A program made the position numbers and the translations under genes. Below are positions 1-8,791 of a DNA stretch of 64,000 bases, piece by piece. The notes beneath the pieces were generated by a model. The model saw only the letters and a program-made list of their open reading frames with translations. It was not told the DNA's origin and searched no databases. Position 1 is the first letter of the stretch, and the number at the start of each line of letters is the position of its first letter. Origin of the DNA: Candidatus Woesearchaeota archaeon (GTDB lineage: Archaea > Nanobdellota > Nanobdellia > Woesearchaeales > GCA-023898365); NCBI GenBank assembly GCA_023898365.1, contig CP060219.1:932444-996443 (forward strand). The letters are read 5' to 3'.

Positions 1-2
1 CA

Positions 3-2849
3 ACAAGTCATAAACTCATCCAAAACAATAAGGCTTTTCAAAAATACCTTGCCAATGGTGTTGAAGTAGAATATCGTTTTAAAGGAAGAATCAAAGGCGA
101 TATTGTTCAACTATTCAACTTTGATAAACCTAAACAAAATGAGTTCCTTGCAATCAACCAATTCACAATTATTGAGAACAAGAAGAACAGAAGACCCGAT
201 ATTCTTTTGTTTGTGAATGGGCTTCCAATTGTTACAATTGAACTTAAAAGTCCAACTAATCCGAAAGCAACTATTGATACTGCTTTCAAACAATTACAGA
301 CGTATCACGAAGATATTCCAACATTGTTCAATTACAACGCTTTTGAAATAATTTCTGATGGTAAAGATACAAGAGCTGGAACACTAACAGCTTCTTATGA
401 ATGGTTTTTGCCTTGGAGAACAGTTAATGGTGCTTTTCAAAAAACCACTTCTATGGAAACTACACTAAGAGGTATGTGTGATAGAGAAACAATCTTAGAT
501 ATTGCAAAAAATTTCTTAACATACACTAACGATAACCAAAAGATTCTTGCAGGTTATCATCAATATAACGCTACAAAAAAAGCAATTCAAAAAACTTACA
601 AAGCGATAGGTCATAACAAGAAGATTGGTGTTGTTTGGCACACTCAAGGTTCTGGAAAGAGCTTTACGATGGGATTCTATACTGCTTTAATGAATAAAGA
701 CCCTAAATTAAAGAATCCGACCATAGTAATTCTTACAGATAGAAATGACCTCGATGACCAACTCCACGACACATTTGCATCATTATCGTTATTTCAAGAA
801 CCCCCTAAGAAGATTAAGTCTCAAGAAGAATTGAAAACTGCTTTGAAAGTTTCTTCAGGAGGAATAATATTTACAACAATACAAAAATTCTTATCAAAGA
901 ACGGTTCAACATTTGAAGAATTATCAAGAAGAGATAATATTATTGTTGTTACAGATGAAGCTCACAGAACCCAATATGGATTTAAAGCAAAACTTCAAGA
1001 AAATGTTCTAAAATATGGTCTTGCTAAATACTTAAGAGATGCTTTACCTAATGCATCATTTATTGGTTTTACGGGAACACCTATTGAGTTTTCTGATAAA
1101 AGTACAAGAGAAGTATTTGGAGAATATATTGACATCTATGATATGCATCTTGCTTTAGAAGACCACCGAGTTGTAAAGATAATCTATGATTCCAAACTTA
1201 TTAAGCTTGGAAAGAATGAAGAGATTTTCAAACAAATTGATGATTTAATCTATGAGTTCACAGAACAAGAAGAAAAAGGTTTAGTAGAACAAGAAAAAGC
1301 TAAATGGTCAACAATCGAAGCACTCGCAGGAAGTGAGCCAAGAATAAGACAACTCGCAAAATCAATAATAAACCATTTCGAGATGCGACAACTCATCGGG
1401 AACGGAAAAGCAATGGTTGTTTGTATGAGTAGAAGAATCTGTATTGCTCTGCATGATGAGATAAAGAAACTCAGACCTGAATATTATCACAAAGATGATG
1501 ACAAGGGAATTATGAAAGTCATCATGACAGGGAGTGCATCTGATGGGAAAGAATACCTTGAACACACAAGAAATAAGGATAGGAGAAAAGAACTCGCAAA
1601 GACTTTCAAAGAACCTAACTCCGACTTCAAATTGGCAATTGTTAGAGATATGTGGCTTACAGGATTTGATGTTCCTTGTATGAATACGCTCTACATTGAT
1701 AAGATTATAAGACATCATAATCTGATGCAAACAATCGCAAGAGTAAACAGAGTTTACAAAGATAAAGAAGCAGGATTAGTTATTGACTTTATAGGGATTG
1801 CGGATGAACTAAGAAAAGCAGTTACGGTCTATACTCAAACAGCCAATAAAGATGACCCATTAAGTTATGGCGACCAAGCAATAGCGATTCTCAAAGAGAA
1901 ATATGAGATTGTAAAAGATATGCTTGATGGATGTAACTATCAAGAATATTATAAAACAAAGAACGCTAAGAAACGAATGGACATCTTCTTCAAGATTGAA
2001 GAACATATATTAAGTTTAGATGATGGAAAGAAACGATTTGTGAGAAACACGCAAGCATTGATGAAATCATTAGACCTTGCAATAACATCCAACGAAGCAA
2101 AACTTATCAGAGAAGATGCCGCTTTATTCCAATCACTTTCCAGGTCATTGATGAAAACAGAAACTGGTAAAGGCGGATTGTCTAAAGGTCTTTCAGATAG
2201 TGTCATCAAACAACTTGTTTCAAAGGCAGTTGAAGCAGAAGGAGAAGTAGATGTTTTCAAACACCTCAACATTCAACGACCAGAAATAAGCATCCTATCA
2301 GATAAGTTCCTAGAAACATTCCAAAACATGGAATACAAGAACCTTGCATTTGAGACATTAAAAAAACTCTTAGCAGACGAGATACGAACAAGGTTCAAAA
2401 CAAATAAGATAGCAGAGAAAAAGTTCTCCAAAATGCTTGAAGAAGCAATACTCAAATACCAGAACAGAAGCATAGACTCAGCACAAGTCATAGCACTACT
2501 TATAGAACAAGCAAAACAAATAAGAGTAGAACTTGACAGGGGAGAAGAACTAGGAGGACTAACAGATGAAGAAATAGCATTCTATGACGCATTAGCAGAT
2601 AATGATAGTGCAAAAGAGATACTCGGAGAAGAAGTACTAAAGAAAATAGCAAGGGAACTCTCAGAAAGAGTCAGAGAAAAAGCATCCATTGATTGGGAAA
2701 GAAGAGAATCAGTCAGAGCAGAACTACGAGTAATGGTCAAAAGACTACTAAAAAAATATGGTTACCCGCCAGACAAAACAGCAATGGCAACAGACCTTGT
2801 ACTAGAACAAGCAGAAGTATTGTCTCACAAATGGGCGGGGGAGGATTAG
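3..2849 (+). CDS. hsdR: Type I restriction enzyme R subunit (HsdR), 5'-truncated by the window edge
   Basis: I translated the frame by hand and it stays open from position 3 to the listed M at 207. The upstream residues ...NKKNRRPDILLFVNGLPIVTIELK give the PD...ExK nuclease motif typical of HsdR N-termini. SF2 helicase motif I is WHTQGSGKS and motif II is VTDEAHRTQ. The C-terminal tail EEIAFYDALADNDSA...KKYGYPPDK is typical of type I R subunits. Confidence 0.9.
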   Translation, partial: TSHKLIQNNKAFQKYLANGVEVEYRFKGRIKGDIVQLFNFDKPKQNEFLAINQFTIIENKKNRRPDILLFVNGLPIVTIELKSPTNPKATIDTAFKQLQTYHEDIPTLFNYNAFEIISDGKDTRAGTLTASYEWFLPWRTVNGAFQKTTSMETTLRGMCDRETILDIAKNFLTYTNDNQKILAGYHQYNATKKAIQKTYKAIGHNKKIGVVWHTQGSGKSFTMGFYTALMNKDPKLKNPTIVILTDRNDLDDQLHDTFASLSLFQEPPKKIKSQEELKTALKVSSGGIIFTTIQKFLSKNGSTFEELSRRDNIIVVTDEAHRTQYGFKAKLQENVLKYGLAKYLRDALPNASFIGFTGTPIEFSDKSTREVFGEYIDIYDMHLALEDHRVVKIIYDSKLIKLGKNEEIFKQIDDLIYEFTEQEEKGLVEQEKAKWSTIEALAGSEPRIRQLAKSIINHFEMRQLIGNGKAMVVCMSRRICIALHDEIKKLRPEYYHKDDDKGIMKVIMTGSASDGKEYLEHTRNKDRRKELAKTFKEPNSDFKLAIVRDMWLTGFDVPCMNTLYIDKIIRHHNLMQTIARVNRVYKDKEAGLVIDFIGIADELRKAVTVYTQTANKDDPLSYGDQAIAILKEKYEIVKDMLDGCNYQEYYKTKNAKKRMDIFFKIEEHILSLDDGKKRFVRNTQALMKSLDLAITSNEAKLIREDAALFQSLSRSLMKTETGKGGLSKGLSDSVIKQLVSKAVEAEGEVDVFKHLNIQRPEISILSDKFLETFQNMEYKNLAFETLKKLLADEIRTRFKTNKIAEKKFSKMLEEAILKYQNRSIDSAQVIALLIEQAKQIRVELDRGEELGGLTDEEIAFYDALADNDSAKEILGEEVLKKIARELSERVREKASIDWERRESVRAELRVMVKRLLKKYGYPPDKTAMATDLVLEQAEVLSHKWAGED

Positions 2850-2850
2850 G

Positions 2851-3282
2851 ATGCCAAACAACAAAATCACAGGAGATGTGGGAGAACAAGAAGTTTGCGA
2901 TTTAGTTCCTTGTCCTAATTGTAAAAAACCTTTGATGACACTTCCAAAGAATTATCCTCTTTATGATTTGCAATGCACTGGTTGTTCATTTAGAGTTCAA
3001 GTTAAAACAAACAACTCTAAACCTAAATCAGAAATTTTTGGTGCAGGGTGGGAGATCATAGATAAAGTTCTAAAATCAGGTTTTATGATACCTCCCTTAA
3101 TTGCAAATTATAGATGGAGTGAAAATGGTGTTGTAAAACAAACGATAATATTTTACCCGTTTATACCTAAATCGCATTTGAAGAAACGACAATTATTACC
3201 TACTGCACGGAGGGCTGATTACAAAATGTTCAACTATGTTGGTCTTGACAAACTTCCTCATTTTGTAGTTTTTGAGAAATAA
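2851..3282 (+). CDS. Hypothetical Zn-ribbon protein with a PD-(D/E)XK-like nuclease signature
   Basis: The start lies 1 nt after the hsdR stop. It has four Cys in two CxxC pairs (CPNC...CTGC). The pattern GDVGEQEV ... YDLQC ... VQVKT fits E / D / (Q)xK spacing of restriction-endonuclease-like folds, with the Zn ribbon inserted between D and QxK. No family name was recognised. Confidence 0.45.
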   Translation: MPNNKITGDVGEQEVCDLVPCPNCKKPLMTLPKNYPLYDLQCTGCSFRVQVKTNNSKPKSEIFGAGWEIIDKVLKSGFMIPPLIANYRWSENGVVKQTIIFYPFIPKSHLKKRQLLPTARRADYKMFNYVGLDKLPHFVVFEK

Positions 3283-4724
3283 TGGTTCTTCTTACCAAAT
3301 CTAAATTTATGAACGGGCTTCAATGTCCGAAGCTCTTATGGAGAGCTAATCAGAAGACTTTGCCTGAAATTACTCTTTCTGATGAGCATAAGTTTGCGCA
3401 GGGTCACGAGTTTGAAAAGTATGTTAAAATGCTTTACCCTGATGGCGTCGATCTTGGTGATTTAGGCTTCAAAGAAAACGTTGAAGCTACAACAAAAGCA
3501 GTTGAAGATAGGAAGCTTATTTTTGAAGCAGGTTTTCAAGTTGGAGAACTATTCGTTCGTTCTGACCTTCTAGAACCAGTTGAAGATGGTTGGAATTTAT
3601 ACGAGATAAAATCATCTTCCGAAGTAAAGCCAGTTCATTATCCTGACCTTGCTTTTCAGAAGTTTGTTTTAGAAAAAGCAGGGCTTACTATCAAGAAATG
3701 TTTTGTTATTTACATCAATAAAGAGTATCAAAAGAATGGAGAAATTGACCCTAATCAGTTAGTTGCAAAAGAAGAAGTAACTGAACAAGTTGATGCGGTT
3801 GAGAATTTGGAAGATAACTCGCAAAAATATTTAGAAATCATCAAAAGAGATACTGTTCCAGATTATGTTATTTCCCAGAATTGCAATAAACCATACGAAT
3901 GTCCATTAAAAGGAGAATGTTGGGGTGCATTACCTGAAAACAATGTTTTACAGATAACTAACTGGAGATTATATTGGAAGTTATTTGCAGAAGGAATTGA
4001 AGATATCAAGGATATTCCAACCGGAACAAAGCTTTCTGATAAAGATCAAGTTATTGTAGAAACTGTAGAGAAAGGAGAGCCTTATATTTCAAAAGAACAT
4101 ATAAGACACTTTCTTAATTCTCTGCATTATCCTTTGCATCATTTTGATTTTGAGACCTTTGATACAGCAGTACCAATATATGATAAATCAAGACCTTATC
4201 AAAAAATACCGTTTCAATATTCATTACATATCGAGCAAGAAGATGGTTCAACAGAACACAGAGAATTCTTGGCAGAAGGAAGTGAAGACCCAAGACCAGC
4301 ACTCCTTGAACAATTAAAGAACGACTTACAAGGAGAAGGAAGCATTGTTGTATTCAATCAAAGCTTTGAAATAAGCTTATTAAACAAACTTGCAGAAGAT
4401 TTTCCAGAACACAAAGAATGGATAACAGCAGCACTTGGAAGAATAGTTGATTTAGCAACACCATTCAAAGCATTCCACTATTACAACCCAGAACAAAAAG
4501 GCTCATACTCAATAAAGAAAGTCCTTCCAGCAATAACAGGAAAAAGCTATTCAGAACTTGAAATCAACAATGGAGGAGATGCAAGTATGCTTTTCTTTTA
4601 CAGCCACATACAACCAAAGCTGGAAAACAAAGAAGAAATAAGAACAAACCTCCTAAAATACTGCGGACTTGACACAGAAGGAATGGTCTGGATAATACAA
4701 AAGTTGAAGGAAATGGTTAAATAA
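3282..4724 (+). CDS. DUF2779-family protein: Cas4-like PD-(D/E)XK nuclease domain with a Cys cluster plus a DnaQ-like exonuclease-like C-terminal half
   Basis: TAATG overlap with the upstream gene. The N-terminus LTKSKFMNGLQCPKLLW matches the characteristic DUF2779 opening (SKS.f..GLQCPK.LW). It also has LYEIKSS (ExK), a Cys cluster CNKPYECPLKGECW, and HHFDFETF (a DEDD-type DxE motif) in the second half. Confidence 0.7.
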   Translation: MVLLTKSKFMNGLQCPKLLWRANQKTLPEITLSDEHKFAQGHEFEKYVKMLYPDGVDLGDLGFKENVEATTKAVEDRKLIFEAGFQVGELFVRSDLLEPVEDGWNLYEIKSSSEVKPVHYPDLAFQKFVLEKAGLTIKKCFVIYINKEYQKNGEIDPNQLVAKEEVTEQVDAVENLEDNSQKYLEIIKRDTVPDYVISQNCNKPYECPLKGECWGALPENNVLQITNWRLYWKLFAEGIEDIKDIPTGTKLSDKDQVIVETVEKGEPYISKEHIRHFLNSLHYPLHHFDFETFDTAVPIYDKSRPYQKIPFQYSLHIEQEDGSTEHREFLAEGSEDPRPALLEQLKNDLQGEGSIVVFNQSFEISLLNKLAEDFPEHKEWITAALGRIVDLATPFKAFHYYNPEQKGSYSIKKVLPAITGKSYSELEINNGGDASMLFFYSHIQPKLENKEEIRTNLLKYCGLDTEGMVWIIQKLKEMVK

Positions 4725-5080
4725 TGGTAAAGAAGAAAGCTCCTCTTGTTATTGAATTAAATAACTCTGAAGCTCTTGCTTTTTCTGGTTGTTTTGGTTT
4801 ACTATTTGCTTTACCCAATATCTATCAAATATTTCTAAATCAAATATTTCCAATAATTATTGAAACATCAACTAACTATACAGGACTATTCAAATTTCTA
4901 TATGCTATTGCAATCATTTTACTAACCTATGAAACATATCATTGGATTATTCAGCTTGTGAAGATAATGAGGAAAACTTATCGCATTCACAAGAATTACA
5001 GGTTGTATGTTTTTAAGCTAGTTATTTTTGGAATGCTTGGTTTTGCAGTAGCTATACTATTAAATAAATGGTTCTTTTAG
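4724..5080 (+). CDS. Small integral membrane protein (about 3 TM segments), hypothetical
   Basis: TAATG overlap with the DUF2779 gene. Three long hydrophobic stretches are present: AFSGCFGLLFALPNIY, FLYAIAIILLTY and FKLVIFGMLGFAVAILL. No recognisable family. Confidence 0.55.
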   Translation: MVKKKAPLVIELNNSEALAFSGCFGLLFALPNIYQIFLNQIFPIIIETSTNYTGLFKFLYAIAIILLTYETYHWIIQLVKIMRKTYRIHKNYRLYVFKLVIFGMLGFAVAILLNKWFF

Positions 5081-6184
5081 AATATCTAAATAATTTAGTT
5101 TAAAATTAATAGTATTAAATATACTTTTTTATATATCTTTAAAAGATTGTTTTAATTTGATATTAATTGAAAACAGTTATACTAAAATATATATAAAAAT
5201 GTATTTAAATTTTCCTCTTTTTTCCTAAATATTTCACTTCATTATTTCTATACGGAAAAAATATCAGTTTTGGTTGATTTGGTACACTATTTTTTTGCGA
5301 TAAAATCCTCTCAATTTTTTTGATCATTCGCACTTTTTATGTTTTTTCTAAAAAACACCCATTTTTTCGACAATTTCTAAAAAAACACACTTTTTTGGAA
5401 TGAATCAAAAAATTGCATCATTTTGTGTTTTTGCGTAAATCGAAACATTTTCTTTTTCAATACGTTGGAACTCTTTTCAGGGGCTTCTCTTCACTTTTTA
5501 CGAAATCTCTTCCAAGAAGGCACATAAGAATTTACTTGGAAAATAGCGATTTCTGTTTAAATTGCCTAAAACTACAGTATTCGAACACTTCAGACCTTCC
5601 AATATGGGAACCCTTATTAGAAATATTTAACGTTGGAAAAACACATCATCGCCTTATTGGAATGATAAATCCTTCATTCTAAGCGAATATACCCTTATAT
5701 CCGAACAATTATCCATTTTTATTAATATTTTCAATACTTTTTTTCTTAACAGTTAGTTCTTGGAAAATTTTTCAAAGAAAACTATCCAAAATTACCATAT
5801 GGTAATGATGACTTAATATTTTATAGTATTGCTTGAATTATATTAATAATGACTAAACTATATTTAATAAAATATATAATCTAATTATTATCTAAATATT
5901 TTAGTTTTTAACTGAAATTTTCAGAGTCAATTATTTTTGAGTCTAGAAACTATATTTTAACAAATTATTAATTAATTTAGTTATTAATTATAAATTTAAA
6001 GACTATAATAAAGTATATGTTAAAAAGCATTATTTGGTTTTCATACATATTTTTGTCTTTGTCTAATTGTTCTTACATGAATAATAAGATGTTCTTTTTC
6101 TTGAGGTCAGAACGGGTAACAAATTTACCTCGAAAAAATTGCTTGTTTTGATGAGTTAAACATTTAAACCCTAACGGTATTTCT
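5081..6184. other. 1.1-kb extremely AT-rich non-coding spacer
   Basis: No credible ORF. Sampled 60-nt lines have under 20% GC (for example 5881-5940 has 10 G+C of 60), against roughly 40-45% in downstream genes. A slightly GC-richer core lies at about 5400-5700. The motif TTCTAAAAAACAC occurs at 5346-5358 and, with one extra A, at 5375-5388. Confidence 0.6.
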
Positions 6185-7213
6185 TTGTGTATGGGTGATG
6201 TTGAGCGAAAGTTTCCACAAGATTATTTGGTCTACGATAAAGAACACCTTCTAAGCGATATCGAGAGTCTTCCCTTGCAAATAAAGGAAGGATTCGCACT
6301 TGGTAAAGGGGTAAAACTCCCAAAACAAACCTTTCGCAATATCATTATTTGTGGTATGGGTGGAAGCGCATTTCCTGGGTTTCTCTTACGAGCATATCTT
6401 CCTCACTTGCCTATTCATGTTCATAATGATTATGACGCGTCGCCTTATCTAACTGACCAATCCTTAGTGATTGCTTCTTCATACTCGGGCAACACCGAAG
6501 AAACACTCTCCGCGTACAAAGCAGCACGAAGAAAGGGCGCAACCATCATATCAATTGCATCGGGAGGAAAATTACAAAAACTTGCCGAATCAGATCATTA
6601 TCCGTTTATTCAATTACCAAAAGGAAAGCAACCTCGCGCAGGATATGGTTATTTCTTTTTTGCCTTACTTGCACTTCTTATTCAAAATAGTCTTGCAAAA
6701 GATCATGATAAAGAGATCAAAGTCTTATTAGCAGAACTTGACATGCGTGCACTGAAAGAGCGAGCAATCATTCTTTCAGGTGAAATTAAGGGAAGATTGC
6801 CGTTAATTTATACAGATCACGCGTTCAAAACTATTGGTATGCGCTGGCGCACCCAATTTAATGAAAATGCAAAAATTATTGCTCATTCAGCAATTTTAAG
6901 TGAGTGTAATCATAATGAAATAGAAGCGTATGTGCATAATACAGCGGATTTCATCGCTTTATTCTTAAGCCATGCAGGAGAACACCGCAGAATAAAAAAA
7001 CGTATTGAGATTACGCAAAAAGTTATTCGAAAGCGAGATATTCCTGTCGTAGAAATTGCAACGCAAGGATCAACGCAATTAACAAAGATGTTTCGTCTTA
7101 TCGCACTTGGCGATTTAACCTCGTTCTATTTAGCGCTGCGCTTTGAACAAGATCCCTCACTCGTGCCTGCGGTTGAGCAGTTAAAGAAAGATTTAGGCCC
7201 GTTCATTGTTTGA
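6185..7213 (+). CDS. Bifunctional phosphoglucose/phosphomannose isomerase (SIS domain)
   Basis: SIS-domain motifs IIICGMGGSAFPG and ASSYSGNTEET. The length and C-terminal half are typical of archaeal PGI/PMI. The listed start is TTG; an ATG follows at 6191. Confidence 0.75.
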   Translation: MCMGDVERKFPQDYLVYDKEHLLSDIESLPLQIKEGFALGKGVKLPKQTFRNIIICGMGGSAFPGFLLRAYLPHLPIHVHNDYDASPYLTDQSLVIASSYSGNTEETLSAYKAARRKGATIISIASGGKLQKLAESDHYPFIQLPKGKQPRAGYGYFFFALLALLIQNSLAKDHDKEIKVLLAELDMRALKERAIILSGEIKGRLPLIYTDHAFKTIGMRWRTQFNENAKIIAHSAILSECNHNEIEAYVHNTADFIALFLSHAGEHRRIKKRIEITQKVIRKRDIPVVEIATQGSTQLTKMFRLIALGDLTSFYLALRFEQDPSLVPAVEQLKKDLGPFIV

Positions 7214-7249
7214 TGCTGCGCGACAAACTTGAAAACGTGTTTTCATTGT

Positions 7250-8230
7250 TTAACGAGCTTCGTCATAACCGCGACATTCCGAAGGTGATTTTCCTTCGTA
7301 TAGTGCTCGTTTTTGTGCAAGAAGATCACTGATTTCTTTGCGAGGATTACTTGCTGGCGCTAATTCTGCAAACAACTCTCCTGTTTGGGGAGGCTCTTCA
7401 TGTAATTGGTGCAGGCCTGTGCCAACCCGTTCCATTAACGTTAAATAGGCAGTTTGCATTACTGTTTTGGCAGGACCGATGTCTGGTGATAGGAGTGTTT
7501 CTCCAATGACTTGCTCAAGAACTACGCCTTCAACAGGGTCTGCTTGGTCATAGCCGTTATTGGTTGCGGTGATGCAAAAAAAGGGAATGAGAATGGGGTG
7601 GCGTGCATTAATTATTTGGTTTGCTTCTTTATATTGTTGAATCCATGTGGCAAGTTCGCGCACTTGCGCTTCGTAATGAGGGATTGCTCTTGGATCCCAT
7701 ATTCTTGTTTGCAAAGAATGAAATGTATATCCTAACACGGAAAGACCTTCAAGAAACCGTAAATCAACATGTTCTTGTGCGGGCTTTTCAAGCGTGCGCA
7801 GGGTGTTCATGAATTGATAAAAAATGCGTGTTTTACTTTCAGGAATGCGTTTTGGAATGGTGCTTTCTCCTCGACTATCAAAACATCCTTCTTTTTCTAA
7901 GGTGCGAAGACTTTGCAGAATTGTTGCAGGAACTACTTGTGCTGCGGGAAAATTTGGTTGCTCGTTTGCGCGCATGCTGATGTAGTCATCGAGTGCTTCG
8001 TTGGTAATATGGTATTGTGAGGCGAAGCTTTCAAGTTTTGCTCGCAGAAGATCTTGAGGTGGCATCCAGGTACGCAGGTTTCTTCCCAGTGCTCTTGCGC
8101 GTTGTTCATCGAGAAGATATTGTTCTCGTGGGTTATCTGGTGGCGCAATATGTCTACTGTCGTTTCCTTGTCGCTGTCGGGGTTGTGGTATTCTTTTTCC
8201 GTTTGGGTATAATTGTATGACCTTCGCCAT
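7250..8230 (-). CDS. Hypothetical protein
   Basis: A 326-codon ORF with normal composition, co-directional with and downstream of gltX and the Cys-rich gene. No motif recognised. Confidence 0.55.
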   Translation of the reverse strand: MAKVIQLYPNGKRIPQPRQRQGNDSRHIAPPDNPREQYLLDEQRARALGRNLRTWMPPQDLLRAKLESFASQYHITNEALDDYISMRANEQPNFPAAQVVPATILQSLRTLEKEGCFDSRGESTIPKRIPESKTRIFYQFMNTLRTLEKPAQEHVDLRFLEGLSVLGYTFHSLQTRIWDPRAIPHYEAQVRELATWIQQYKEANQIINARHPILIPFFCITATNNGYDQADPVEGVVLEQVIGETLLSPDIGPAKTVMQTAYLTLMERVGTGLHQLHEEPPQTGELFAELAPASNPRKEISDLLAQKRALYEGKSPSECRGYDEAR

Positions 8231-8281
8231 GACCTTTAGTGGAACTTCAATCTTTATAAATGTTACTATCAGGTAGTAACA

Positions 8282-8752
8282 TTACGATTTCTTCGTTTTG
8301 ATGCAACTGCAGGGTTCTACTTCAACCTCCTTAGGTAATTCTTTAAAACTATCAAAATAAAGCCGCTCACTAATCTTTTTAGCAAACGGACAACTTAACC
8401 GATGATACTTACCGCCTTGAGCGCTCGCAACAAACTGCTTTTTTGAACCAAGAGAAAGCATACACGAACAAAACACAAAACCACCCGTCCGCGCCTCATC
8501 ACGCGTTGCAAACACGAGCTTATTCTCCTTGCCGATCCGCTTAGCATACGGACAACTAGGCACATGGACTTTGTTTGAACCGCGAGAAGCAAGAAAAGAA
8601 CCTTCAACCGCCTCATGTGTTTTTACGTGCTTTGCAAGTTGGCGTCGAGAAAAGGTTACATTGCAACCTTTACAGAAGAACTTGATATCATCATTGCCGC
8701 GTACATCCCCGCCACAGATGGGGCAGCCCTTTGCAATGAGTTCAACACTCAT
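8282..8752 (-). CDS. Cys-rich zinc-binding protein: N-terminal zinc ribbon plus two Ada-like H/C-x3-C...CxC repeats
   Basis: CPICGG...CKGC forms a ribbon. It is followed by two internal repeats, KVHVPSCPYAKRIGKENKLVFATRDEARTGGFVFCSCM and KYHRLSCPFAKKISERLYFDSFKELPKEVEVEPCSCI. These resemble the Ada N-terminal-type metal-binding module. Confidence 0.5.
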   Translation of the reverse strand: MSVELIAKGCPICGGDVRGNDDIKFFCKGCNVTFSRRQLAKHVKTHEAVEGSFLASRGSNKVHVPSCPYAKRIGKENKLVFATRDEARTGGFVFCSCMLSLGSKKQFVASAQGGKYHRLSCPFAKKISERLYFDSFKELPKEVEVEPCSCIKTKKS

Positions 8753-8791
8753 GACCTGATCAATAATGAGCTTATTTAAAGAATTTGTGGT

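Noticed and set aside
5413-5682. 89-aa ORF in the AT-rich spacer
   Set aside because: It has an F/L/R/S-rich composition, no motif and no upstream signals, and it sits in a region otherwise devoid of coding signal. It is kept only as part of the spacer finding.
5081-6184. AT-rich spacer considered as a replication origin
   Set aside because: There is no orc1/cdc6 gene in the window, and I could not identify ORB or mini-ORB inverted repeats flanking a DUE. It cannot be supported from this sequence alone.
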